Virus genome (UHGV): UHGV-1372004
Length of the DNA: 37,243 bases
Reading direction: 5' to 3' (one strand)
DNA from: a virus
In this document: one piece after another, positions 24,954-34,798 of the stretch
How the letters are laid out: each line of letters begins with the position of its first letter
Position numbering within the stretch: position 1 is the stretch's first letter
Position numbers and translations under genes: made by a program
The notes under the pieces: generated by a model
Told to the model about the DNA's origin: nothing
What the model saw: the letters and a program-made list of their open reading frames with translations, nothing else
Databases searched by the model: none

Positions 24954-25738
24954 ATTGTCGCCCCCCTATAGAATATTTTAAGCTTCCCATTATTGCTAGT
25001 TATCTTCTGACCTTGCTTAAGATAAAAGTTCTCAAAATCACTTTCTAAATCAATCATAGAAGTACAATCTTCTCCGTTTACAGTTACCTGCTCATCGGAA
25101 AAATCAAAAACCAACACATCTCCTGTTTTTATTGCCGCATCAGTTATCGTGATATTTTGTTCTCCGTTTGTAATTTTGATTGAATTATTCATGGATAAAG
25201 TAACTTCAATTTTTCTTGGCGTTATAGGAAACTGTATCGGATTTCCAATATATCCATCACTAACACACTCTTTCGTATACTTTAGTGGATCCGCACAGAA
25301 TACATTAAAACTCGAAATAATCGAGTTGGAGTCTCCTGGAACAGTATCAGTTGATGTATAGCGACCGTAGTAATAATAATCTAACTCATCATAAAACCTA
25401 ATTTCCACGTCTTCATTCCGGTATAAATAATTCAACAGCTCTTTGAATTTAAACTGTAGTTTTTCTGGATCTCTGTCTTCCAACTTGTATGTTATTTTTA
25501 GTGTTCTTGAAGGTATTTTCTGATTTGTAATGATTGAACCAATTTGTATCTCTTGCTGTTCAACTTCTACAGAAAGCATTTCTCTACCTTCCACCGTAAG
25601 TGTTTGATAACCCTCAATCAAATCTTCTAAATACATTCCATCGTACATCATGGCAGACGTTGGAAGGAATCTTTTAGAACTATTGAGATTAATAGTTGTA
25701 TCTTTGAATGAGTACATTTTATTTTCTCGCTGATCCAA
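24950..25738 (-). CDS. distal tail protein (Dit)
   Basis: 262 aa between TMP and Tal, the conserved siphovirus position. Confidence 0.65.
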   Translation of the reverse strand: MDQRENKMYSFKDTTINLNSSKRFLPTSAMMYDGMYLEDLIEGYQTLTVEGREMLSVEVEQQEIQIGSIITNQKIPSRTLKITYKLEDRDPEKLQFKFKELLNYLYRNEDVEIRFYDELDYYYYGRYTSTDTVPGDSNSIISSFNVFCADPLKYTKECVSDGYIGNPIQFPITPRKIEVTLSMNNSIKITNGEQNITITDAAIKTGDVLVFDFSDEQVTVNGEDCTSMIDLESDFENFYLKQGQKITSNNGKLKIFYRGATI

Positions 25739-25749
25739 AATATTCCCTC

Positions 25750-27774
25750 CTAAAATTCTAGATTAATGTCTGCACCTTCGCCCATAGCTTGTGAAATATC
25801 GTCCACAAACAATCTAAACGATTGTCTTCCAAGATTGAATTTAAATACAGCTGGTTTAGTAGAGCCACCCATATTTATTTTATGTTCAACTTGTGCACCA
25901 ATGTTTTTATTTGCATTTTTCAGATTTGCAGCTATATCTACATCAGAATTTGCATTGAAAAGTTCCGCGATAAAGTCTGCCATACTTCCAACAGTATTCT
26001 GTACGTCATTGAATCCTCCTGTCAGTCCTTTATTCAGACCGTTCATAATAGCCTGACCAGCTGGAATCAATAGCTTTCTATCGTATTGGATAGGTCCTTT
26101 ATGTTCACGAATCCAATCACCAATACCTCCAACAAAATCTTGCACAGATTTCCATGCATTTTGTAACCCTTCTAGAAAACTATCCATGATGGCTTTTCCG
26201 GCTGCTAATAAGTCGATATTTTTCAAGTTATCAAACCAGCCAGTTACTCTATCCACCGTATCACTAACAGCATTTACTAAATTATCCCATGCCTCTTGAG
26301 CACCATTTACTAAGTTGTTAAAAGTATTAATAGTCCCTTGCTTTAGATTTTCCCATCCTTGAATTATATTATCTTTCGCCCCTGTAATTAAGTTGATGAT
26401 CCACGACTTAAAGGAGTCCCAAATATTTTTTGCACCTTGAATCGTATTGTTGAACAAGTTGATTGTTCCTTGTTTTAAGTTGTTCCAGGCTTGTTTTACG
26501 TTATTAGAAATGTTATTCGATGTCTCCGATAACCAAGACGTAAACTTGTCCCAAACATTTCTTACCCATTCAACAGACGTGCTTACAATATTTTTAATTG
26601 AATCCCACAAATTAATCCAAAAATTACGAAATCCTTCACTTGTATTCCACAAGTAAATAAATGCACCCACTAACAAAATGATACCAGTTATTATCAATCC
26701 TATTGGATTAGCAGTCATAACAGCGTTCATCAATTGTTGTGTGGTTGTATATATTTTTACAGCTTTAGTTGCTATCCCCATAACAGTTTGATAAGTTACA
26801 ACTGCTGCGGCTATTGCTGTAATCATTGGTAAAAAAGGTTCGATAATTTGATAAAGAGTAGATAAAAAACTAATAACAGATGGTAAAGCAGTAATGATTA
26901 TATTGAAAGTGTTTGTAATTAGACCTTGTAGTTTGTTCAAGTTTTCAGCAATTGAACCAAGACCAGCATTTTGCATTTCTTCATCAATAGCTTTAAAGAT
27001 ATTTGCCAAACCTTTAACAACTGCTGTTTTTATATTTTGAAACGAGGTTTTAATTCCGGCTGAATTTTTCTTAGCTAGATCAGCAAAACCACCAACGCCA
27101 TCGTTTAACTCAATTAATCGATTGTTAAAATCGTCAAAAGTGATTTTACCACTCTGTAATGCAGAATAAAGATCAGTGACAGAGTTAACACCTTGATCTT
27201 TGAATGACTTTGCTACTTTATCCATTGCAATCGGCATAGTTTCTTGTAATGTTCGCCACGACTGCATATCGACTGTACCTTTTGCTAACATTTGTTGATA
27301 TTGTTGCATTCCTCGGCTTGCATCAGCTGTAGAAGCACCCGATGCTAAAAAAGCATTGTTTAAGGCTAGGGCTGTGTCTGTTCCTTTATTTAAGCTACCC
27401 GTTGAGATAGCTAATTGCTGTGTATTTGAAACAATTTCATCTAATGAAGTTGGCAACCCATCTATGCCCTTAGTCAATTTTTGCATTGATCCATCAACTT
27501 CTTGCGTGGAATATCCTAGTGCCTTCATCACCGTAGGATATTTATTAAGCGTATCAAAACGATTAACCGCACCACCGACTGATTGTGTCACTGTTTGAAC
27601 GGCTGCATCCAACACTTTGAAAATGCCCATACCCTTTGCAATATCCGTAATAGAAGTACCAAACTTGTTTGTATTGTCTTGCAAACCATCCGTTTCATTT
27701 TGAGCACTTTTCATTGTAGATGAAAAATTCTTATCAACTGCTGTAAGGATCGCTTGCACAGAATAGCTTTCCAT
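25750..27774 (-). CDS. tail tape measure protein
   Basis: 674 aa, Ala/Gly/Asn-rich, internal hydrophobic segments, repeated ...NxxxxWxxFxxW... units; sits between the chaperone pair and Dit. Confidence 0.8.
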   Translation of the reverse strand: MESYSVQAILTAVDKNFSSTMKSAQNETDGLQDNTNKFGTSITDIAKGMGIFKVLDAAVQTVTQSVGGAVNRFDTLNKYPTVMKALGYSTQEVDGSMQKLTKGIDGLPTSLDEIVSNTQQLAISTGSLNKGTDTALALNNAFLASGASTADASRGMQQYQQMLAKGTVDMQSWRTLQETMPIAMDKVAKSFKDQGVNSVTDLYSALQSGKITFDDFNNRLIELNDGVGGFADLAKKNSAGIKTSFQNIKTAVVKGLANIFKAIDEEMQNAGLGSIAENLNKLQGLITNTFNIIITALPSVISFLSTLYQIIEPFLPMITAIAAAVVTYQTVMGIATKAVKIYTTTQQLMNAVMTANPIGLIITGIILLVGAFIYLWNTSEGFRNFWINLWDSIKNIVSTSVEWVRNVWDKFTSWLSETSNNISNNVKQAWNNLKQGTINLFNNTIQGAKNIWDSFKSWIINLITGAKDNIIQGWENLKQGTINTFNNLVNGAQEAWDNLVNAVSDTVDRVTGWFDNLKNIDLLAAGKAIMDSFLEGLQNAWKSVQDFVGGIGDWIREHKGPIQYDRKLLIPAGQAIMNGLNKGLTGGFNDVQNTVGSMADFIAELFNANSDVDIAANLKNANKNIGAQVEHKINMGGSTKPAVFKFNLGRQSFRLFVDDISQAMGEGADINLEF

Positions 27775-27789
27775 CCCCTACCTCCTTTC

Positions 27790-28188
27790 TTATTTATTTG
27801 CTTTTTTAATCAGATTGACCAGTTCGCTGTCTATTACCTCTTTTACTCCGATAATTTCTTGCTCTTTTTGTTTATAATCAAAGAAAGATTTGAAGGTTTG
27901 ATAAATCGGAACTTGTTTTTTACCTTTTTTCTCTTGTGCTTGAACTTCGTAATTTTTCCAAGCGGCAAGATGAATCAAATATTCTTTGTCTAACATTTTT
28001 AACTGGTGAGCTTTTTGCCTTAGTCTGTATTCGCTTATTGTTAAGCGATCCATTTGATTAAAATCATTTATTCCCAAATAACGTAGACAATTCAATTGAA
28101 ACTCTTCATAAATTTCATCAAAATCTATCTTTTCTGTAATTCTTCTAGAAGTTGGTTTGTCTTCAATTTTGTAAATTCCGACTTTTTT
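27790..28188 (-). CDS. tail assembly chaperone T portion, made as a G-T fusion by −1 programmed frameshift
   Basis: slippery heptamer A AAA AAG at 28182-28188 in the G frame; the −1 frame continues ...KKVGIYKIEDKPTSRRITEKIDFDEIYEEFQLNCLRYLG into the 27790..28095 ORF. Confidence 0.55.
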   Translation of the reverse strand, partial: KKVGIYKIEDKPTSRRITEKIDFDEIYEEFQLNCLRYLGINDFNQMDRLTISEYRLRQKAHQLKMLDKEYLIHLAAWKNYEVQAQEKKGKKQVPIYQTFKSFFDYKQKEQEIIGVKEVIDSELVNLIKKANK

Positions 28189-28469
28189 AACTCTTCTAAA
28201 ACATCATCAAACAACTGCTCGCTACCATTTTCTTCAATGTAATCTGCAATTGCGATCTCACTTACTTTCGGTGTTTCTGTTGAATTAGCAACTTTCAACA
28301 TCTCTACAAGAGTTTCTACATCTTTATTAAGAAAATTTGATAATATTGTTTCCATTCCCATTTTCATCGTTAACCCTTGTTCAGTCACAGAATATCGACG
28401 ATTCATCTCTTTAATGAATCCATAACCAAAAATAAAATCATATTCTTTTTCCTTTATAACTAGCCTCAT
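28125..28469 (-). CDS. tail assembly chaperone G
   Basis: 114 aa acidic protein between major tail and TMP; contains the A AAA AAG slip site near its 3' end. Confidence 0.6.
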   Translation of the reverse strand: MRLVIKEKEYDFIFGYGFIKEMNRRYSVTEQGLTMKMGMETILSNFLNKDVETLVEMLKVANSTETPKVSEIAIADYIEENGSEQLFDDVLEELKKSEFTKLKTNQLLEELQKR

Positions 28470-28514
28470 TGCTTTTCATCCTCCTTAAAATAAAAAGAGA
28501 GCATCTAAGCTCTC

Positions 28515-29066
28515 TTATTTTCCTGGTGCAGTTGCTTTCACGGTATCTTTGAATGCATATTGAACAACATCGGCTTGATCTTCTGTCAAGGTTGCATAAC
28601 CATCTTGACCAACACCATTTACTGCAAATGATAAACTTAATTCAACGTTATCCTCTGCAGCAGCCGATGGAGTAAATTCAGACACATATGCTTGGTAATA
28701 AGTAGCTTTGTACTTGTTTGCATTATCATCTGTTCCCTGTTCTGCTTTGTTGATTTCCCAAATTTCAATGATATCGCCATTTAATAAGGCTTGTTTCATT
28801 TCATCTACATGAGAATCGCCTTTGGCAACTATTGAAGTAGCCGAAAAATCATATTCAACTGGGCTTAAACTTTGAACGTTTCCGTCTTTTGTCACTGTAG
28901 AGTCTGAATCTCTTGATAAACCATTTTCGTGTTCTGTTTGAAATGCCATTTTCCAAGCAGCTTCCTGAGTTTCTTTTTTCAATAAGCGATAAAGCAAAAT
29001 GACATCAATACCTTTTAATGCTTCCATGTTCTTCCTCCTATCTAATTCTAAATTCAAGTGTGACAA
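28515..29066 (-). CDS. major tail protein
   Basis: 183 aa, position relative to the G/GT/TMP genes, terminator-like hairpin downstream. Confidence 0.6.
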   Translation of the reverse strand: MSHLNLELDRRKNMEALKGIDVILLYRLLKKETQEAAWKMAFQTEHENGLSRDSDSTVTKDGNVQSLSPVEYDFSATSIVAKGDSHVDEMKQALLNGDIIEIWEINKAEQGTDDNANKYKATYYQAYVSEFTPSAAAEDNVELSLSFAVNGVGQDGYATLTEDQADVVQYAFKDTVKATAPGK

Positions 29067-29433
29067 CCGCCCGTTTTAGCGGTGTATTCGTCGTTGTATC
29101 ATCCATCACTTGAATTCCACTTGCTTGATAATTTAAAGCCCAATAATAGCCTTCTGTGGCTTCTATCAATCTAGCTTCATTAAAAAGAGCAGATGCCATA
29201 TCTGACACCTGCTTTCGTTTCTTCTGTAATCCCCAAACGGATAAGACCACAATCACAGACCCTTTAATGTCAGTTTTATTTACTTCATGGATGGTCTGAG
29301 TGTTCTCAAATTCCACAAAAGGATAACCAACATCCTCTAAAGTTTTGTAATCGTATGTTTTATATCCAAGTTTGTTTTGGGATATTTTAAAAAGTTCATC
29401 AAAAATCGATTGATCTCTTGTCTTAATCATCAT
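29038..29433 (-). CDS. tail terminator / tail completion protein
   Basis: 131 aa, conserved position upstream of the major tail gene. Confidence 0.4.
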   Translation of the reverse strand: MMIKTRDQSIFDELFKISQNKLGYKTYDYKTLEDVGYPFVEFENTQTIHEVNKTDIKGSVIVVLSVWGLQKKRKQVSDMASALFNEARLIEATEGYYWALNYQASGIQVMDDTTTNTPLKRAVVTLEFRIR

Positions 29434-29789
29434 TTCACCAAGGCTTTCATTTCAGCCATAAATTTGACTTTTTGGTAATTAAACGCTGGTCTAACATAAG
29501 GCTGGGCCGACATAAAGCGAGTTCCATATTCTACATAAGGAGCATAGTCTGCTGTCGGTCCTACAATACCAGTTAAACCAGCTTCTAAAAGATTCATGTT
29601 TATTGATCTTCGTAAGTAACCTGTATCCACTGGCGCACCTTTTTGCATTCGTTCAGTCATTTCAGCAGTATTACTTTTCACGACTTTTTGAACGTCATTA
29701 AGCGTTGCTGCTTTTTTCAGATGTCGCATCAGCTGATCGATTCCTTTATATTCAAGTTGTGCCTTCATCAAGAACCACCTCTTGCACAA
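29430..29789 (-). CDS. HK97 gp10-like head-tail joining protein
   Basis: 119 aa, conserved position. Confidence 0.45.
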   Translation of the reverse strand: MCKRWFLMKAQLEYKGIDQLMRHLKKAATLNDVQKVVKSNTAEMTERMQKGAPVDTGYLRRSINMNLLEAGLTGIVGPTADYAPYVEYGTRFMSAQPYVRPAFNYQKVKFMAEMKALVK

Positions 29790-30078
29790 TTAAACTATTT
29801 CTATATGCTGTATTTCTAGCTGTTTTTTGTTGCCAAGTCTTTCCTTCAATCTCGATATAGTCAAATGTAGGGATAGAAAAAAGAGGCTGCGTCCTAATGA
29901 CCTTCGCCCCTTCTTCCACACTACCAAAAATAGTCACACTTCTATCAGTGCCAATATCTGTCACGTTTGCCTCTGTTCTTGTTCTTTCTGGTTTTCCTTC
30001 AACCCACTCACCGAGATCTGGATCATATTTAGAGTCAGATGAACGTTTAACAAATATAATTTCATCTGTAAATCTCAT
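29752..30078 (-). CDS. head closure / head-tail adaptor protein
   Basis: 108 aa, conserved position. Confidence 0.4.
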   Translation of the reverse strand: MRFTDEIIFVKRSSDSKYDPDLGEWVEGKPERTRTEANVTDIGTDRSVTIFGSVEEGAKVIRTQPLFSIPTFDYIEIEGKTWQQKTARNTAYRNSLIVQEVVLDEGTT

Positions 30079-30404
30079 ATAAATTTAAACCTCCCTCGCT
30101 TTGGCTTGTACAACTCTTCCTGATCTTTACGCTTAAATTCGTCAATCTCATTTTGATACTCTGAAAAATCCGAATCAGGAAAAGCCATCGATAAACCCTC
30201 TTGAGCGTATGAAGTCATGCCCTCTTGCCCAATTCGGTTAAAACGTTTGTTCGTTACGTCAAAAACGATGTATTCTAGTGATTCTGGTGTAACAGAAACG
30301 CCTAGCAATGACGCTAAGCGCTCTCTAGTTCGTCTCTCGATAACTTCTAGCTTATCATCTGTAGAACCGCTTAGAAGCTTCTTAACGTCATCTTTAATTA
30401 CCAT
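30075..30404 (-). CDS. head-tail connector (gp6/gp15-like)
   Basis: 109 aa, first gene after the capsid gene. Confidence 0.45.
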   Translation of the reverse strand: MVIKDDVKKLLSGSTDDKLEVIERRTRERLASLLGVSVTPESLEYIVFDVTNKRFNRIGQEGMTSYAQEGLSMAFPDSDFSEYQNEIDEFKRKDQEELYKPKRGRFKFI

Positions 30405-30419
30405 TCGTACCTATCCTTC

Positions 30420-30706
30420 CTACGGCTCAGTCAGTGTCAAAACGTGAGTATCTGTGTGTGATCCATCTTCCGTTTTTATTGTTGTCGTGTATTTACCGGC
30501 TGGTACTGTGTCAGTCCAAGTGATATTACCGCTAGAAGAAACCGTCAATCCGCTTGTTACTGGCGCAATTGAATACGTCACTGTTTTATTTGTTGCGTTT
30601 TGTGGCGCAACGGTGGCTGTTAATTGTCTATTGCCAGCAGTCCCCGCAACTGCGCTTGAGGTTTTAGGCGTTACAGTAACGCCTATAACGGGGATTGTTA
30701 CTCCCC
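30420..30706 (-). CDS. Big_2 Ig-like C-terminal extension of the major capsid protein, reached by an apparent −1 frameshift at GCG GGG GAG just before the capsid gene's TAA
   Basis: manual translation of the −1 frame gives GVTIPVIGVTVTPKTSSAVAGTAGNRQLTATVAPQNATNKTVTYSIAPVTSGLTVSSSGNITWTDTVPAGKYTTTIKTEDGSHTDTHVLTLTEP (a classic Big_2 domain), 95 codons open to TAG at 30420-30422, no ATG start. Confidence 0.55.
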
Positions 30707-31585
30707 CGCCGGTTCAATTTTACCGAACGCAGCATCTTTGACGATCATAAAGCCGACATCCATTGTTGCACGCAACGCAACCAGCTCTTGTTCAAACAAG
30801 TTTACAGGAGTGCCATCTTCGTTTTTAAGCGTAGATAATTGCGCATCTTCTGAAATCTTGAACGAAATGTTGAATGGGATACCATAGAACATATAGTTAA
30901 AGTCACCAGCGTACAATTCACCTTTACCCAATGCTTTCAAGTCAACCACAGGAAGACCATCAATCGTATTCGCCGAGCGGTCATAGATAAATTCAACGTT
31001 TGTACCGACTGTTTGAGCGGCAGAACGCAATTCTGTGCGGTTTTTACGATTTGAGATGAACGCATTTGGTTCAAATTCATTTTTGCCTAAAGCATCTTCT
31101 AATGCCAAAATGTTGTCATAAGTCAAAGGACCTTTGATAACATTAGCCGCTGCAACGACAGATTCTTCTAAAGACTGTGGAAACGGATTGTCAGTGTTTA
31201 GTAATGCAGCCGCATCAAACTTTTTGTAGAAAGCTTCAGCAATTTTAGGTTGCATAACAGTGAAGAAATCTGACATTTTGTAGTGCAAGTATTCACGAGA
31301 CACAGGAATAATCACGCCTAGCTTTTTAGCTACCATTGTCGCTTGCAACCATTTAGGTTTAGATGTTTGAATCTTCTCACCTTCACCAACCCAGTATGCG
31401 CCAGGACCTTCAGCAAAGTATTCAAATTTCTTTTCCTTATCTGTCATTTCTTCGTATTTCGCCAATTGCATTACTTTCGAGTTTTCCATAATGTCGTTGA
31501 TAATCAAAGTATTATACTTGTCAGGGATTTTACCCTCTTTAGTTTCATAAACTGTTACGTTATCTGGATTCCATGTTTGTGCCAT
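30698..31585 (-). CDS. major capsid protein (HK97 fold)
   Basis: 295 aa; ELVALRATMDVGF and overall phage_capsid-family pattern; downstream of the scaffold gene. Confidence 0.8.
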   Translation of the reverse strand: MAQTWNPDNVTVYETKEGKIPDKYNTLIINDIMENSKVMQLAKYEEMTDKEKKFEYFAEGPGAYWVGEGEKIQTSKPKWLQATMVAKKLGVIIPVSREYLHYKMSDFFTVMQPKIAEAFYKKFDAAALLNTDNPFPQSLEESVVAAANVIKGPLTYDNILALEDALGKNEFEPNAFISNRKNRTELRSAAQTVGTNVEFIYDRSANTIDGLPVVDLKALGKGELYAGDFNYMFYGIPFNISFKISEDAQLSTLKNEDGTPVNLFEQELVALRATMDVGFMIVKDAAFGKIEPAGE

Positions 31586-31599
31586 ATTGTTTATTCCTC

Positions 31600-32202
31600 C
31601 TATTTGATAATTCGATTTTTAGCAGCTAGTTTAGCCACTGTTTCTTTAGTATTTTTCGATGCTGTAAATTGTCCACCTTCATTTGGTGGTGTTTGTCTTG
31701 CGTTTTCTCTCTTAATCAAAGAAGCAAAGTTAGTGATGACTGCTACAGCTTGTTTTGTGGCATCTGCATCATCAGAAACAATCAGACCAAGTAAATCATC
31801 ATCGTGTGGTAAATTTGCATCTGTCAGCATTTTAGAAGCTTCTTTCGTCATTTCAGATAGTGCCTGTCCACGCTTTAATTCAGCGATTTCAGCTTCTTTT
31901 TGTTCCAACTCATGCTGTAGTTTTTCTTCCGCATTCATTTTTGCCAGTTTTTTAGCTTCTTCTTTTTTTGCTTCTAGTTCTTTTTCCCACGCTGCTTTTG
32001 CTTTATTCGTCTCAGCAGCGATCATTTTCGCTACCTCATCACGAGAAAATGTTTTGCCAGTAGTGTTTTCTCCTTTTGCTGCGGGCGGTGTCTCTTGTGA
32101 GCCAGCTGATAGGTTTCCTTGTTGTCCCTCATCACCAGATCCACCATCTCCTGGTTCAGAAAAAAATTGTAAGTTCATTGGCATAAATAAACGTTTTTTC
32201 AT
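31600..32202 (-). CDS. scaffolding protein
   Basis: 200 aa; MNLQFF-type N-terminus; charged coiled coil with KAKAAWEKELEAKKEEAKK. Confidence 0.65.
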   Translation of the reverse strand: MKKRLFMPMNLQFFSEPGDGGSGDEGQQGNLSAGSQETPPAAKGENTTGKTFSRDEVAKMIAAETNKAKAAWEKELEAKKEEAKKLAKMNAEEKLQHELEQKEAEIAELKRGQALSEMTKEASKMLTDANLPHDDDLLGLIVSDDADATKQAVAVITNFASLIKRENARQTPPNEGGQFTASKNTKETVAKLAAKNRIIK

Positions 32203-32361
32203 GATTAATCCTCCACGGTTACGCCGTTACCCGATAATTTAACTAGTTACGCCAGTCAGTCGGAACAGCTTTCTCTTTAATGCCTGTAAGCAGTAAGAAG
32301 GCATATTAAAAAGCCGTTAGCGAATTGGCTAGCGACTCCTATATTTATCGACTATCAACTT

Positions 32362-33282
32362 TTAGCGATCCACAATGGGATAAGTAGAACATCTATCAAA
32401 AGGATGTACCGGCATCATATTTTTGCCAACTTCCATTTCACTTACTAAATATGGACCATCAGCGGCAATGCTTTTACATAATTGACAAGCGTTAGGTTCA
32501 GTTACCCATCCATATTTCTCAATATCCGCATCTAGATAACTTTCCTTCTGTACACCACTTTGAATTCTTGTTGTTTCGGTTACCATCAAACGTTGTGTAT
32601 TAAACTTAGTATTCTCTCGTCCTTCTTCTGTTAAAAACTTACTTAATTCCGGAGCCAACTGCTTAGGGTTACGACCCATTGTCACACTTCGAACAAGTAA
32701 CTTATCCAAATCGGCTTTCAATTCTGCTTGATACATCCAAAGCCGTTCGCTAAATGTTGCAAATCCATCAGCCCTAAATGAGCTATTTATTACATGTTCC
32801 ACTAATTTCAGATAGCCTTTTTCAGCTATTGTCATTTCAAGTATTCCTGCTTGACGCTTTAGTTCATCCATACCCGCTTTTGTTAATTCATTTGAAAAGT
32901 ACTTATCCAATTCATTAAACAGAGAAATCAATTCAAGTCCGATATTAGCTTTTAAGAGCTCTAATCTATTTACACGCATCGTAAGATTGTATAGCTTTAA
33001 TTCTTGGTTTGCTGTAGGAGAAAAATCTTTCTCTTTAACATACTTCTTTGCTTTGCGAGCGAATGCTTTGACGTCCATTTCACTAGCACGCTTCATCGCT
33101 TCGCTACGTGTGATTTTCTGACCATTGGAGAAACTGTCCCACTGCGCGTCTATTTCTTTTTGTATCGCATCTTGTGCGTATTGCATGCGACTTTTAATTT
33201 CTGCCATGCGCTTTTTATCATCTTTAATTTGTTGCTTTTGCCATTCCTTTTCCCGTTTGATCCAATATTCTTGGGAGTTCAT
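32362..33282 (-). CDS. minor head protein (MuF / SPP1 gp7-like head morphogenesis)
   Basis: 306 aa directly downstream of the portal gene; C-terminal Cys motifs. Confidence 0.65.
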   Translation of the reverse strand: MNSQEYWIKREKEWQKQQIKDDKKRMAEIKSRMQYAQDAIQKEIDAQWDSFSNGQKITRSEAMKRASEMDVKAFARKAKKYVKEKDFSPTANQELKLYNLTMRVNRLELLKANIGLELISLFNELDKYFSNELTKAGMDELKRQAGILEMTIAEKGYLKLVEHVINSSFRADGFATFSERLWMYQAELKADLDKLLVRSVTMGRNPKQLAPELSKFLTEEGRENTKFNTQRLMVTETTRIQSGVQKESYLDADIEKYGWVTEPNACQLCKSIAADGPYLVSEMEVGKNMMPVHPFDRCSTYPIVDR

Positions 33283-33286
33283 TTAA

Positions 33287-34786
33287 TCACTCCCCTGTTT
33301 CATCTTTTTTGTTGTTAATTACTTCTTCACCATCTGAATCAAAAATGCCAATCTGCTTTTGCGTTTCTTTATTTACTCGTTTCAACTCTGCCTGTACATC
33401 TGGAACAAAAGAAGCGAGTCCTAAGATCGTCTCTTGACTGAGTTCAGCTCCAGCATCAACCAAAGATTTCAACTCTTCCAGAATGGCTTTAGGTAGATTA
33501 GGCGTAAATATTACACGTAAGCCTTTCAAATCGGAGTTATCCATTTCAGAAATACTTGATTTTAGGCTAAATAAAAGACGATAACGCCGCATAAGACCTT
33601 TTTTGAATAGCCTTTGCTTTGTTGCCGTCATTTGTTCAAATCCAAATAATTTATATTTCATTGCTTCTCCCGATTGCACTCCGGAAAAATTGTCATCAGT
33701 AAGATCAGGAACCATGGATATTTCGTGGATATCCTTGCGTACTCTGTCTTTGTATGCTTCTACACCGTTCACATCATATTGTTTGTAAATATATCCTGCA
33801 GTCACACTTGTTTTATTACCGTTCACATCAGTTCCAGACTCAAGCAAAAGCATATTCGCTTCTTTCTGCTTGATGGCGTCCTCTGTGGATAGTCCTGCTG
33901 CTTCAATATCACCAATAATAACTAGAAGAGCATCGTTTAGATCAGTCATATAGTTGGCGGTATCAGACTGCCCTGCATCGTATAGATCAATCAAAGATAG
34001 TACATCTTCATACAAGCCCATCCGAAAACGATTAGGAGAATACTCTGTAATAGGTACCTCTTTATATTCATGCGGTTCATCCTGGGGATTCTTTAACTCA
34101 ATTGCTGTTAGTGTCGTCTCATCATAAGTGATACTTTTTTCTTTTGTGTATACGATTGGTTGAATGTACTGTTTATCAGCATCCTTGTTGAATCTTGTCT
34201 TAGGATACCGTACAGCCAAAATAGGCTCTCGCTTTACTGTAGTATCATATACAACAAACGTTTCAAATACATTAGCCAAATCAACATAATCTGTATCATC
34301 TGAATCTCGATAGATAATCTCATAGGCTCTCCCATACTTATCCATATCAAGCCAGAGTTCAGCATTTAACCCATCTATGTCATTATTAGTATTAAACTCT
34401 TCGATTTCTTTTTGTTGATTTGTGTCCTCGATTTGCACTTTTATAGGATTGCCTGTGTTGTACCCAACATCAAACGTACAAAGAACTTTTCCAAAGTTAT
34501 GTGCTGATCGATGATCCGCTTTTTCCTTTTCTCTACGTCTACGGTTATCCATGATATTTGTATTTCTAGCTTTGTAATAATCATCTAATACACTAAGCCT
34601 TTTTACCTGATATTCATGATGATGTTTTATCATTGCTGCTAAAGTATCTAAATCGTTAAGTAAATCTTCTGCTGAGCTAAACCTATAGTGAAGATTGGAA
34701 TCTACGCTAAACTTTACATAATTTGTGTTCACGTCGTTAGAATAATGTATATCAGCACCGTATTCAAATTCGTTTACCTTATCCAT
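33287..34786 (-). CDS. portal protein (SPP1 gp6-like)
   Basis: 499 aa, immediately after TerL; acidic C-terminus. Confidence 0.85.
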   Translation of the reverse strand: MDKVNEFEYGADIHYSNDVNTNYVKFSVDSNLHYRFSSAEDLLNDLDTLAAMIKHHHEYQVKRLSVLDDYYKARNTNIMDNRRRREKEKADHRSAHNFGKVLCTFDVGYNTGNPIKVQIEDTNQQKEIEEFNTNNDIDGLNAELWLDMDKYGRAYEIIYRDSDDTDYVDLANVFETFVVYDTTVKREPILAVRYPKTRFNKDADKQYIQPIVYTKEKSITYDETTLTAIELKNPQDEPHEYKEVPITEYSPNRFRMGLYEDVLSLIDLYDAGQSDTANYMTDLNDALLVIIGDIEAAGLSTEDAIKQKEANMLLLESGTDVNGNKTSVTAGYIYKQYDVNGVEAYKDRVRKDIHEISMVPDLTDDNFSGVQSGEAMKYKLFGFEQMTATKQRLFKKGLMRRYRLLFSLKSSISEMDNSDLKGLRVIFTPNLPKAILEELKSLVDAGAELSQETILGLASFVPDVQAELKRVNKETQKQIGIFDSDGEEVINNKKDETGE

Positions 34787-34798
34787 TTCTCACACTCC

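Noticed and set aside
31343-32242. 299-aa plus-strand ORF antisense to the capsid and scaffold genes
   Set aside because: Lies entirely inside two well-supported minus-strand structural genes; its low-complexity S/F/C-rich translation is typical of an antisense frame through A/E/K-rich coding sequence; no RBS.
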